NCBI GenBank assembly: GCA_018650165.1
Contig: JABIGM010000033.1
Location: forward strand, 3,036 to 67,035
DNA: 64,000 bases
Origin: Methanobacteriota archaeon
Lineage (GTDB): Archaea; Thermoplasmatota; Poseidoniia; Poseidoniales; Poseidoniaceae
Reading direction: 5' to 3'
Positions 36,331 through 46,173 of this stretch are shown here, piece after piece (the stretch's first letter is position 1; the number at the start of each line of letters is the position of its first letter). The translations under genes were made by a program, and so were the position numbers. The notes beneath the pieces are model-generated. The model ran no database searches and had not been told where the DNA came from. It worked only from the letters and a program-made list of their open reading frames with translations.

Positions 36331-39300
36331 TCAAGCGGTATTTCGACTGTCATATCGAATCGGTGAAGAATCGCCTCTAAGGCCATCAACCTCATCGTCC
36401 TTGACTTCAAACCAATCAACTAGCCAGTCTCCATCTGTATCCCAATTCAAAGGATCGCTGCCTTCCGCAATATGGTCATCATCCAAATCGAGGAGGTACC
36501 AACCCTTTTCGTGTTCGCCCAATTCAATTGCGGGAGCCCGATTTAAGTTTCCAACATAGTAAACATCCCAATCATCTGTAAGATCACCAGAACACAAGGT
36601 TACATCGTCCCCTACATCCAATACCAAGAAATCGGTGTCCATGTCATTGATGATTAGTGCATAACTCTCATCTGCGATATTCTTCTTATTCATTCCAAGA
36701 TAATTTGTTGTATCTTCAGTAACCTCACCCAAGCCGAGGGTGAAGGCTCTAAATTGCCACCACTCGGTGATAACTGAGCCATTCCAAGTTTCCCCAGAAA
36801 GTCTTACGGAGTCGGGAGAATCTAGGTTAGGGTCTGCTATTGCATAAAATTCCATGAAGTTAGTGTATGGAGTATAGACGCAAGTAGCACTGCAATCCCA
36901 GTTCCCATCTTGATCAGGATCATAGTTAGCATCCGCAGGATTTGCGGGATTAAATGTAGCCCAGGCCCATCCTAATGCCGGTCGAGAAAGTGTACCTAGG
37001 TTTTGAGAGAGGGGTCGGCATGAAGAGGTATTTGAGGTACAGCTCCCACCTGTTGAAGCATCGATCCATTGTACCTCAATATTCAATCGCGAGGAGTAGT
37101 TGTCATTACTTTCATTCCACCCTTTTGCATACTCATACCAATCAGGTAGCATATCGCCATCTGTATCATTATCCATTGGGTTTATTCCATATTTGAAAAC
37201 TTCACGACCATCTGAAAGATTCCAGTCTCGGTCGTGAGATATCACCATACCGCCTGCTACTTCTGTGTTGAAAGTTACTGAATCGCCATCAGAGTCATTT
37301 GTATCCGGTCTTGTACCATTCAAGTATTCCATATGGTTTGTAAATGGAAGGTCGCCAATTCCATTTTGGATGACCTCCCCTGAAGGAGTAAATTGTCGAT
37401 TCTCCCATGTACCTTGAACTGCAGGACTATCAAATGAAGTTCGATTATACCATCCATCACTATCAGGGTCATAGTCGATGTCGAATGGATTTACTGGATT
37501 GGTTGCCCAATGGTTCTGAGTTGTTGGATCTGGCATCCCATAAACCGCATAACAGAATTCCCAACCATCATCAATTCCATCTTGGTCCGAGTCAACGTTG
37601 GTTGGGTCTGTAATTCCAAATAAGGTCCGGTTGAAAGTATTGGGATCTTCAGAATTAATCATATCCATTCTTGCTGTGGAAGCGGAATCCTTACTTCGGA
37701 AATTATTGTAAATCGCCCTGCGTGCTTCAAGTTCAGTACTACCTTCTTCGACATATGCATCTACTGCATCATCACCAAATCCGATTAGTCCTGCACCAGT
37801 GGATAAACGAGTGTCATATTTACCATATACGCGAGATTCATATTCTCTTTTATTCGTAAATTGTTCTTCAAGTGAAATATTTCCATCTGCATTACAATCA
37901 ACTGAATCTAAATCACTGTCGAGCCATTGGTCAGAGTCGATTAGTGGATTCATCGACCAACGGTTATTTTCAAGGTCCCAAGATGTAAACCAATATTCGA
38001 ATCCATCAATCATTCCATCACTGTCAGTATCTGCTAGTGTTGGGTCGGTAATTCCCATTAGAGTTGAGATGAAAGTATTAGCAATTCCAGTAGATTGCCA
38101 CTCTTGGAATTCTTCAAGATGGCGTTTACCTCTCTGACCCTTATCGATAATTATTGAGTAGACTCTTTGTGCTTTTTGTGTTGGATCATTAATATCACCA
38201 TCAACATGCATCAATGGAGCATCAAGCGGATGGTTTTCACCATTTTCGGGATTTGTGACTGCTAAGGAGAATTCTTGTGCATCTGTCAGTGCATCATTAT
38301 CTGCATCGAATGAACCATCACCGGGGACTAGTGGATTGAGAGTCCAAGTTTGTGCAGTATCATTCCATGCTGTGAAAAGTAATTCCAAACCATCAAGGAA
38401 GCCATCGGAGTCTGTGTCGGGATTAGTTGGGTCAGTAGTCCAGCCCGATACATTGATCAAATCTTGTCCGACAAATGAACCGAACGACTCAGGATTTGTG
38501 ATTCCTGGCCATTGCTGTAGAGTATATCCTGTGCCAATGGTGGTCACAAACCATTGCGGGCTTGTTCGGTTGGCATTTGTCTCTGATAGCGCAGGGTCGA
38601 TTGTATTGTATTCTTCCCAGTTACTCATTCCATCATCATCAGAATCATCCCACCTATCGGTTGCATCCAATGGATCAAGTGACCACTGTGAATCCAATAG
38701 TTGCCAACGTGCATACCAGATTTCCCACCCATCTGGCATACCATCAGAATCGGTGTCGGAATCTGTGGGATCTCCAGTTAAATCACCATCACCAAAGGTT
38801 GACTCTGGAGTCGCCCAATCAGATACATTTCGAAACAAGTCGGTTGAGAAATTATTTGGAATTACTTCTCCATCTAAACTCATGTTGCCATCAAATAAGT
38901 TGTCCTTAATATTGTACTCGAGCCAATTAACAAATGCTTCATTTTCATCGATTACGCCATTGTGATTGATATCATATCCATCTCCATCTGGATTCTCAAA
39001 TGCATCACTACCATTCAATGGGTTGATTCCAATTCGGCTAACATCCCATGTGCAAGCACCTCTCGCTTCCCAGCCATCGGGCAAATCATCACCATCAGAA
39101 TCTACATTATTAGGGTCAGAATCAGACCATGCCATTGCAGCGACTTCAGATTCATAGTGGCTTTCAAGTAAATCACCAGCAACACCTGCTGCCTTGATAA
39201 GTGTCCACTGATATTCACAAAGGTTGCTTAGACCATCGCCATCCGCATCCCAATTTGCATCAGCAGGGTCAAGTGGATCCATGGTCCAATTATTCGAACC

Positions 39301-42018
39301 AGTGAAAGAAGTTCCAATCCATCTTCGATGTTTAATTTCCCATCCGTCAGGCATTCCATCACCATCTGAATCAGGATTTGTTGCATCGGTTCCAGAATCA
39401 ATTCCAAGTGATGCTAGGTATGTTGCATTCGCTGCTTGGCCTGCAGCATCATCACAAATATGTTCAAAATCATATTGATTTGTGTAGTGGCACCAAAGTG
39501 GAGTCTCTTCATGGAACAGACCGAAATATTCAGCTCCATCACCAACACCATCGCCATCTGAATCAACAACTCGTGGGTCTGTCGCATTGTACCCTAGGCT
39601 TGTGCGCGCTGTGTAACGGAATTCGTCTAAATTACGCCATAATCTTTCGTTTATGGGGTCGGAGTCGAGATTTACGCCATCACCATCCGCATCAAGTAAT
39701 GCATCCCAAGGATCTGTTGGGTCCAAACCATAGCGGACCTCCCAACCATCTAGCATACCATCCGAATCCGAATCATTGGCCATAGGATCCATCAGCTCAA
39801 GATTAGAATATTTACCAGGTCCTATTCCGAGGAATACTGTGTCTACTCCAGAAACTTGATGAATCTCAATCGCTGAAATATGCCCGGGTACCCATTCTTG
39901 ATTGGTCATCCCATATACTGCGGAATAACCACCGTTTAAAGCCCACATTCCCCAACCGGAACCAACAATAATTTCGTTACCAGTAGAGCCTATAGAATAG
40001 ATTTCATTTGTAGCAGCAACTGTAGTGCCATCAATACCCTGGTGCTCATAATCTCCACTGTGGGTGATCAAACCAGAAAGTAAGTCCATTCGATGTAATC
40101 CCGAAGGTGTTCCAACCCAAACCACTTGCATTGCACCGCCTTCGGGCCCATCTGGAACCAAGTCGTTAACAGTCGCAGGATTCCCTCCACCCAATGCTCC
40201 AATTGCTCGTAATTCATCGATATTGGAAGCGATTGATGTTGGTTCGAATGAATAGTAGAATTTCCAATTTGGAATTGCTGCATCTCTTGCAGAAGCGGTT
40301 TCAACTGTGAATAAACCAACATCTGTACCAACGTATAGCGTAAGCGGCCCCGAAGAAACATCAACATGCGCTATGGAAGTAGCAGTTGCGTTCCCACTAT
40401 TCATGGCATCAGAAATTCCATTGCCCATGGCCAATTGGGTTACTCCTAGTTCGTTAAATTGGAATACTGAACCAAACCCTCCAAAACCAAGAGCAATAAC
40501 ATACTGGTCGCCACCGTCATTCACAAGTTGAGCGCCTGCTGTATAGCGGCCAGCGAAATATGTCCACTCTGAAATATCATCGAGTATCCCGTCATCTACT
40601 TCTGAAACCCAAACTCCCGCTTCTGTAACCATAACGAGATAGTTGTCTAACAGAATCATGTCATTGAGATCATGTCCTTGTGGGAGTTCATAATTCACAG
40701 AGGTCGATTCTTCAAAATCAATAACTGTAATTCCTAATTTTGTGCCAACCCATAAATTAGTTCCGTTCGAAATTAATTCTCTCACATCATGGTTAATGAT
40801 AGAAATATCATCTTCACTTGCTTCTGCTGTTAGCTCTGGTGTTAGAAGATATTCTGCATAAGTCCCTTCGCTAGCACCTAATTCAACAGAACGCATTCCC
40901 GATTTTACAGTATTGCCATCATCTAAATGCACAAAATACTCTTCGAGAGTTGAAAGTTGTTCACCCACGCCGAGTGCTTCTTCAGAGCGTGCAGCATCTG
41001 CACTAATTATTCCATCACGGTTAGCATCCCAGCCATCGTTATCTAAATCCACCAGTGCATTTGAGCGGTTGAGAGGATTTAGTCCAAAGTGTATCTCCCA
41101 CCCGTCACTGATTCCATCTCCACTAGAAGGGAATAGTCTGCGATATTTTTCTCCATCGTAGTAGTACCGGTCACTATCCTCCCCAACTGGGTTTGTTCCC
41201 AGCCAGAGATATTCATCAATGGTATCGACAGTGCCATTGCGAGCACATGCAGATAGTATATTTTCAAGTAATGTAATATTTAAGTTCAAAGAAATGAACG
41301 GCCAGTCATATAGAATTGAAGATTCTGGACCAGGTGAATAACACCTCAGACCATCTAATTCAGTAGTCCAGTTAGCCGGTGCACCAAAAGAATACTCTTC
41401 CGGTGAAGTCAATAATTCATCAACAGTAAGGAAACCGTCACGATTTACATCGAATCCGTCTTCATCGGGGTCACTCTCAGCATCACTTGCATTCAGCGGG
41501 TCGAATTCATCACAGCGATACATTTTTTCCTCGGAATCAAAGCCTCCAAGTCTCTCGCACATATGAGCCTCGAAACCATCAGGCATACCGTCTCCATCAG
41601 TATCAGCAATCCTTGGATCGAGATACCATCGCTTTCCCGACTCGTTCAAGACACCGGTAAGTCCCCTCGTAAATCCGGGATCAACACACTGAGCCGGATA
41701 GGGCCAACAATATTCTTCGGTTGCATTTAGACCATCGATATCTATATCGACATAGGCATCGGATGCATTGTACCTATCCATACCTTTCATCACTACTGCA
41801 CGCCCATCTGTTGATGAGAAATTTACCCACTCACCGAATAGATTCTCGTGAACATCCGGGATCTTATCACCATCAGAATCTGTGGCTGGTGGACCTTCTC
41901 CTTCTGTTAGATTAGGGTTGGTTGTGGCTACATTCGAAATAGCAGGTAACTGTGAAACAAAAAACAGTCCAGATATTACTAGGAAGGTCATCAGAAGTGT
42001 TGACTGTGAGCGGCGCAT
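36331..42018 (-). CDS. Giant secreted or N-terminally anchored protein (about 1895 aa) with more than 20 thrombospondin type-3-like calcium-binding repeats and a central beta-propeller-like region
   Basis: N-terminal MRRSQSTLLMTFLVISGLFFVS. Repeats DTDGDGMPDGFE, DSDGDGMPDGWE, DTDSDGMPDGWE, DTDSDGFLDGLE, DTDSDGMIDGFE, DSDQDGIDDGWE, DTDGDMLPDWYE, DTDGDWLVDWFE. Propeller-like LWVGTKLGITVIDF, LYVGTDVGLFTV, VWVGTPSGLHRMD. No C-terminal TM. An alternative ATG lies at 42057. Confidence 0.85.
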   Translation of the reverse strand: MRRSQSTLLMTFLVISGLFFVSQLPAISNVATTNPNLTEGEGPPATDSDGDKIPDVHENLFGEWVNFSSTDGRAVVMKGMDRYNASDAYVDIDIDGLNATEEYCWPYPAQCVDPGFTRGLTGVLNESGKRWYLDPRIADTDGDGMPDGFEAHMCERLGGFDSEEKMYRCDEFDPLNASDAESDPDEDGFDVNRDGFLTVDELLTSPEEYSFGAPANWTTELDGLRCYSPGPESSILYDWPFISLNLNITLLENILSACARNGTVDTIDEYLWLGTNPVGEDSDRYYYDGEKYRRLFPSSGDGISDGWEIHFGLNPLNRSNALVDLDNDGWDANRDGIISADAARSEEALGVGEQLSTLEEYFVHLDDGNTVKSGMRSVELGASEGTYAEYLLTPELTAEASEDDISIINHDVRELISNGTNLWVGTKLGITVIDFEESTSVNYELPQGHDLNDMILLDNYLVMVTEAGVWVSEVDDGILDDISEWTYFAGRYTAGAQLVNDGGDQYVIALGFGGFGSVFQFNELGVTQLAMGNGISDAMNSGNATATSIAHVDVSSGPLTLYVGTDVGLFTVETASARDAAIPNWKFYYSFEPTSIASNIDELRAIGALGGGNPATVNDLVPDGPEGGAMQVVWVGTPSGLHRMDLLSGLITHSGDYEHQGIDGTTVAATNEIYSIGSTGNEIIVGSGWGMWALNGGYSAVYGMTNQEWVPGHISAIEIHQVSGVDTVFLGIGPGKYSNLELMDPMANDSDSDGMLDGWEVRYGLDPTDPWDALLDADGDGVNLDSDPINERLWRNLDEFRYTARTSLGYNATDPRVVDSDGDGVGDGAEYFGLFHEETPLWCHYTNQYDFEHICDDAAGQAANATYLASLGIDSGTDATNPDSDGDGMPDGWEIKHRRWIGTSFTGSNNWTMDPLDPADANWDADGDGLSNLCEYQWTLIKAAGVAGDLLESHYESEVAAMAWSDSDPNNVDSDGDDLPDGWEARGACTWDVSRIGINPLNGSDAFENPDGDGYDINHNGVIDENEAFVNWLEYNIKDNLFDGNMSLDGEVIPNNFSTDLFRNVSDWATPESTFGDGDLTGDPTDSDTDSDGMPDGWEIWYARWQLLDSQWSLDPLDATDRWDDSDDDGMSNWEEYNTIDPALSETNANRTSPQWFVTTIGTGYTLQQWPGITNPESFGSFVGQDLINVSGWTTDPTNPDTDSDGFLDGLELLFTAWNDTAQTWTLNPLVPGDGSFDADNDALTDAQEFSLAVTNPENGENHPLDAPLMHVDGDINDPTQKAQRVYSIIIDKGQRGKRHLEEFQEWQSTGIANTFISTLMGITDPTLADTDSDGMIDGFEYWFTSWDLENNRWSMNPLIDSDQWLDSDLDSVDCNADGNISLEEQFTNKREYESRVYGKYDTRLSTGAGLIGFGDDAVDAYVEEGSTELEARRAIYNNFRSKDSASTARMDMINSEDPNTFNRTLFGITDPTNVDSDQDGIDDGWEFCYAVYGMPDPTTQNHWATNPVNPFDIDYDPDSDGWYNRTSFDSPAVQGTWENRQFTPSGEVIQNGIGDLPFTNHMEYLNGTRPDTNDSDGDSVTFNTEVAGGMVISHDRDWNLSDGREVFKYGINPMDNDTDGDMLPDWYEYAKGWNESNDNYSSRLNIEVQWIDASTGGSCTSNTSSCRPLSQNLGTLSRPALGWAWATFNPANPADANYDPDQDGNWDCSATCVYTPYTNFMEFYAIADPNLDSPDSVRLSGETWNGSVITEWWQFRAFTLGLGEVTEDTTNYLGMNKKNIADESYALIINDMDTDFLVLDVGDDVTLCSGDLTDDWDVYYVGNLNRAPAIELGEHEKGWYLLDLDDDHIAEGSDPLNWDTDGDWLVDWFEVKDDEVDGLRGDSSPIRYDSRNTA

Positions 42019-42106
42019 CGGAATCACCGTCGAGCGCGGTAGCACCCAACTAGACATGAACCATTGAACCAGCCTTAATACAGTGATGGAGCATTGTTCA
42101 GACTAG

Positions 42107-42123
42107 GATTACCTACGGTAATC
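42107..42123. promoter_or_regulatory. Perfect 7-bp inverted repeat GATTACC-TAC-GGTAATC in a divergent intergenic region
   Basis: Seen directly. Extends to 10 bp per arm with 1 mismatch (TAGGATTACC / GGTAATCTAA). Lies between the TSP3 giant (minus) and the MBL/pilin-like operon (plus). Confidence 0.4.
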
Positions 42124-42209
42124 TAAACTAACAACCAAAAACAGACCGAAATACAACTTTTTCAGGGGTGGGTTCAAGGGCTAAACGCGATACCCTCTGA
42201 AGGTTAGCC

Positions 42210-43028
42210 ATGCCATTGTCATTCACACACCTTGGAACAGGAAGTCGCGGTAACGCGACACTTGTTGAAAGTGGTGAAGCGAAAATTCTGATCGACCAGG
42301 GGTTTAGTGGAAAGCAACTGGAAAAACGCTTGGCCCGAATGGAAATAAAACCAGACGAAATTGATGCGATTGTTTTGACACACCATCACGGCGACCACGG
42401 CGGTGGTGCTTCAATTGCTCAGAGGAGATGGAATATTCCAATTTACTGCAATGACAGAACGGCCACTGCCCTCAACTTGGACCTCAAAGGTGTACATTTA
42501 TTCGAAGGACTAGATGCATTGGAGTTTGCAGACGACCTAGCCCTACTCCCGGTTCCAGTCCCACACAGTGGCGCTGATAATGTGGCATTCATCGCAAGCC
42601 ATCGTGGTGAAAGAGGAGCCGTGATTACAGATCTTGGCTCTTGGACTGATGAATTGGTTAACCATGTAACGGGATGTCAGCACATTTCGATCGAAGCAAA
42701 TTATGACCATCAACGTCTGTGGAATGGTCCGTATCCTATGCGTTTGAAGGACAGAATCTCAGGAAGAGGTGGGCATCTTTCTAATGACCAAACTGGCCAA
42801 TTTCTTTCGCAGGTTGTAACTAGTGAAACACGGTCTCTGGTGCTAACACATCTTTCAGAAAAAAACAATGCGCCACACCTAGCGGAGTCTACTGTTTTGT
42901 ACCATGTGGATGATCTTTTCGAAGGTGATATCCGAATCTCGCTTCAAGATGGCCCGGAGTTCACGCACCACATTGGCCAATGTGAATCTGAACGGGTACC
43001 CCAAGAGGGAATCTCCCTTCGAAGATGA
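42210..43028 (+). CDS. MBL-fold metallo-hydrolase
   Basis: MPLSFTHLGTGSRGNATLV..., HxHxDH motif in VLTHHHGDHGGG, and a late His in LVLTHLS. The product is 272 aa. Confidence 0.85.
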   Translation: MPLSFTHLGTGSRGNATLVESGEAKILIDQGFSGKQLEKRLARMEIKPDEIDAIVLTHHHGDHGGGASIAQRRWNIPIYCNDRTATALNLDLKGVHLFEGLDALEFADDLALLPVPVPHSGADNVAFIASHRGERGAVITDLGSWTDELVNHVTGCQHISIEANYDHQRLWNGPYPMRLKDRISGRGGHLSNDQTGQFLSQVVTSETRSLVLTHLSEKNNAPHLAESTVLYHVDDLFEGDIRISLQDGPEFTHHIGQCESERVPQEGISLRR

Positions 43029-43087
43029 GCCCTGTAAGGGCTCTCCTTGGTCAAACCATAAGAGGGGTGATGATTCTCTTCTGTCCG

Positions 43088-44128
43088 ATGAGGTCCAGCC
43101 GTAAAGCCGATGAGGACCTCGCCGTCAGCGAGGTTATCGGCGTAGTCATGCTTCTAGCCATGGTTATAACCATGATGGGAGGGGTTTTTTTGATGCTGAC
43201 CCCCTACGTCAACGACTTTCAAGACAATACCGCATGGGCGAATGCAAATGGAATTGCTGAGCGCCTTGATGGACGCATCGATGTTGTTGCAGGCGCAAGT
43301 GCTGACACCGGCATTAGAACCACAGTACCTTCGGTTAGCAGTGCGATTATTCCAATTTCAAACATTGAAAGCTGGACTGTTGCAGCAGATTTAACAGATT
43401 CAGAATCGGTTACTGTGTCATATCTAAACCAAACTGCATTTAGTGTGTTTGCCCAAAATGAAAAGGCCACTAGTGCAACTATTTGGACTCCAAATGGCGA
43501 ACAGACTTTCACTTTTGAGCCTAGCAATGAACCAGTTTTAATTGACCATGAATTGAATGTACTTCACTTGTACATCGTTACAGTTCATGATGCCGATGAT
43601 CAACCACTACACCGCCAAGCAGGTATCTCGATTTCAGGATTGCTAATTAAAACAAAAGTACAGGGTGGCGAGCACACAATAGGTCTGATAAATGATGCAC
43701 GCTATGATAAATTTTCTAATGAACCATGGACAATCGCTTCATCCCCCGGTATCAAAATTGAGGAACTTTTCGATGGAACAATGCGTGCAAGTTTGTCATT
43801 GCGAGATGTGAGTGTAATAGGGTCGGTACCTGATGGAAGAAATGCAATTTTTGACATTAGTTCTGCTGGGCCAATCGAATTATTCAGTGGTGATGCATGG
43901 AACTTTAGATTCAATTTTGATTCTACCCTTGGCCCTACAATCGCACCACAAATGAATGAGGGGTGGCTCACTGATTACACACTACACCGTGCTGCAGATA
44001 CGCTCGACCAACACCGTGGAATAAGCCCCTGGCTAAGAGCGAGTGGCTCAGATGGGATGACTATCGACAAAGGTAATTCAGTGATTGATTTGGAAATTGA
44101 TTTGCAATTAGTGGAGGTTCGTGAATGA
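43088..44128 (+). CDS. Archaeal type IV pilin-like protein (class III signal peptide, DUF1628-like N-terminus) with a large globular domain
   Basis: MRSSRKADEDLA/VSEVIGVVMLLAMVITMMGGVF is a short charged leader followed by a hydrophobic helix, typical of prepilin-peptidase substrates. An alternative upstream ATG at 43025 forms an ATGA overlap with the MBL gene stop. Confidence 0.6.
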   Translation: MRSSRKADEDLAVSEVIGVVMLLAMVITMMGGVFLMLTPYVNDFQDNTAWANANGIAERLDGRIDVVAGASADTGIRTTVPSVSSAIIPISNIESWTVAADLTDSESVTVSYLNQTAFSVFAQNEKATSATIWTPNGEQTFTFEPSNEPVLIDHELNVLHLYIVTVHDADDQPLHRQAGISISGLLIKTKVQGGEHTIGLINDARYDKFSNEPWTIASSPGIKIEELFDGTMRASLSLRDVSVIGSVPDGRNAIFDISSAGPIELFSGDAWNFRFNFDSTLGPTIAPQMNEGWLTDYTLHRAADTLDQHRGISPWLRASGSDGMTIDKGNSVIDLEIDLQLVEVRE

Positions 44129-46173
44129 TTTCCAATAACCTTCAACGTGGTGATGAGGCAGTAAGTGCAGCTGTTGCAACTGTCCTGCTGTTTGGTGGAG
44201 TAATATCTATCATAGGGTTAATGCTACTTTCAATGATGCCCGTCATCCAAGAATTAGAAGGGTCACTAAAGCGTAATGACATGCAGGCACAGATGCAAAT
44301 AATGGGTCACGAAATTACAACTCTTTCTGAAGCCGGTGTGCCGGGAGATTCATCACAAGTTGAACTAATACCAGTCGATGGAGAACTAAGGTGGGATAGA
44401 TTGCGTGGCGGAATGTGGTACTCCGCATCTTGGTATGAGGATGACACATTCAGAATAAGGGGCGCTCTTGACCTCAACCGAAATCTCGAAATCCGACACG
44501 CTGAAAGTAACGTACAAGCGGTTTGTTACCAAGATCTACGCTTAGGCCCCGACCGTCCGTTCCTGTTTACCCCAACCACCCAGGCTGATTCTATTCTTGT
44601 CACTCCCAAGCATGGATTAACTATTCCATTAGGTCCTGTCCTAATCGAACAAGATGGATCTGATTATTCATTATCGATTGGAGAAGTACTACGACTTAAT
44701 GCAGACTCCCCATTTAGCTCTAGTCACGATTTGATGGGACTACAACTTAACGGAGAAGGGGGTTCTTCAATAGTCCCTCCTACAAAATCCAATCCTGCTA
44801 CAGGAAAGGGGCAGCATTGGGCTGTTCCCTTGCCAGCAGGAAATTCTACATTGGAAATATTTGCTGATGATGATATCTTAGTTCAATGGTCACTTGCAGG
44901 GCAAAGTGGAGATGAGGCTGTTGTTCAATCCCCTGCTGTGAGACTAGCCAACTCTTGGACAAAGGAAGTTTCGCTTTCAGAAGATACAATTCTGGAGATA
45001 GTTACAGATGTGGATGCACAACTACTGATTAGCCATGAAGACAAGGGTAAAACATCGTTGCTTGGTGAAGAGGGCAACTTCATTTCTAAACATTTCATAG
45101 CACCATATTCCACAGGTAATCTGACAATAATAAACCCTAGTGAAAATGCCGCAACCATCACTTGGCGGAACGGTGGGACATCTGTACCTGTTAACCAAAC
45201 AGGAACAGTATCTTGGCCTCCAATCGGGATCGAAAGTGCTGCTACCATCGAGAGCAGTGAAAATGTAATTATCCAATGGAGTACAGGTGAGGGGGGTATG
45301 GCAATCCTTCCAGCAACTGATACTGGGCAAGTAACGGGTAATGAATTCATACTGGACGACTCCGAAAACTTTGATAATTTCACTTCCGAATTTGAAGATT
45401 ATACTTCGGTTATGGGATACACTGGCAACGATGGTCTCATCATTCTAGAGGATGATGGTGCTATGCGCTGTATAGGAATTAACCAAACTGCATCTGGTTG
45501 GATTTCCACTACACTACCTTGGAAAACAATGGACGGCTTGCCTGAAGGGCAAATCATCACCGCATGGCAGAATGGGCTACATCCTGCGAGTTTGGAAATT
45601 ACTCTAATTGGAGTAGAAGGCGAAGCGACTCATGCTAACCTTGCCAATGCATGGGCCTTCCACATATCACGCCTAACCTATGAATTTGACACATCGATTA
45701 GTGGGCTTGAAGTCGCTTGGAGTGCTGGAGCTATTGTTACAAACCATCCTGAAATGAATCCTGCAATTCTAGTCGGACCGACCGATAGACAAGGCCCTGG
45801 TCCACGATTTAGTGCAACTGTACCTTCGATACATCCAACAAAAACTTCTGCTTCTGGTGCAGGAAATATGAATCTTGACCTTGAATTAACAATGCGTGAA
45901 AGTCTTGTATCGACTATTGCACATGATGTGAGAAGAGGCTGGGTAGGTCCATATGGCAATGCTATTGCCGCATGGTCCAGCAATGGACTCGAATCTTCTG
46001 AAGATTGGATTGTAAATCCAGGGAGATTGGATTTGCTTTCAGATTATACTGGTTGGGTACCAATTCCATCCCATGGACCAAGTGAGGCTGTTTGGCACAC
46101 ATCAGGCCAACCTATTCAATTTAATTTACAGATTAGTAGTATCGATGTACACCTAACGGAGGCTTCATCATGA
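44125..46173 (+). CDS. Archaeal type IV pilin-like protein (class III signal peptide), 682 aa
   Basis: MISNNLQRGDEA/VSAAVATVLLFGGVISIIGLML. ATGA overlap with the upstream gene, and SD GGAGG 7 nt upstream. Confidence 0.6.
   Translation: MISNNLQRGDEAVSAAVATVLLFGGVISIIGLMLLSMMPVIQELEGSLKRNDMQAQMQIMGHEITTLSEAGVPGDSSQVELIPVDGELRWDRLRGGMWYSASWYEDDTFRIRGALDLNRNLEIRHAESNVQAVCYQDLRLGPDRPFLFTPTTQADSILVTPKHGLTIPLGPVLIEQDGSDYSLSIGEVLRLNADSPFSSSHDLMGLQLNGEGGSSIVPPTKSNPATGKGQHWAVPLPAGNSTLEIFADDDILVQWSLAGQSGDEAVVQSPAVRLANSWTKEVSLSEDTILEIVTDVDAQLLISHEDKGKTSLLGEEGNFISKHFIAPYSTGNLTIINPSENAATITWRNGGTSVPVNQTGTVSWPPIGIESAATIESSENVIIQWSTGEGGMAILPATDTGQVTGNEFILDDSENFDNFTSEFEDYTSVMGYTGNDGLIILEDDGAMRCIGINQTASGWISTTLPWKTMDGLPEGQIITAWQNGLHPASLEITLIGVEGEATHANLANAWAFHISRLTYEFDTSISGLEVAWSAGAIVTNHPEMNPAILVGPTDRQGPGPRFSATVPSIHPTKTSASGAGNMNLDLELTMRESLVSTIAHDVRRGWVGPYGNAIAAWSSNGLESSEDWIVNPGRLDLLSDYTGWVPIPSHGPSEAVWHTSGQPIQFNLQISSIDVHLTEASS

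Noticed and set aside
38255-38965. 236-aa plus-strand ORF (and the neighbouring 115-aa and 135-aa ORFs) inside the TSP3 giant
   Set aside because: It is antisense to a strongly supported repeat-rich CDS. The product is Ser/Pro-rich low complexity with no start context, so it is a shadow of GAT/GAC-rich codons on the other strand.
36331-42018. Periodic DNA repeats that might be mistaken for a CRISPR array or satellite
   Set aside because: The repeats are in-frame coding repeats (D-x-D-x-D-G loops) of variable spacing within one long ORF. No array of identical direct repeats with unique spacers exists anywhere in the window.
42058-42209. Possible tRNA or small RNA in the largest GC-normal intergenic gap (contains GGGTTCAAGGG)
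   Set aside because: No acceptor or T-arm complementarity flanks the TTCAAG, and no cloverleaf can be drawn by hand.
44925-45383. 152-aa and 102-aa minus-strand ORFs inside the 682-aa pilin-like gene
   Set aside because: They are antisense shadows. The plus-strand frame is continuous for 2 kb, with an SD and ATGA coupling at both ends.
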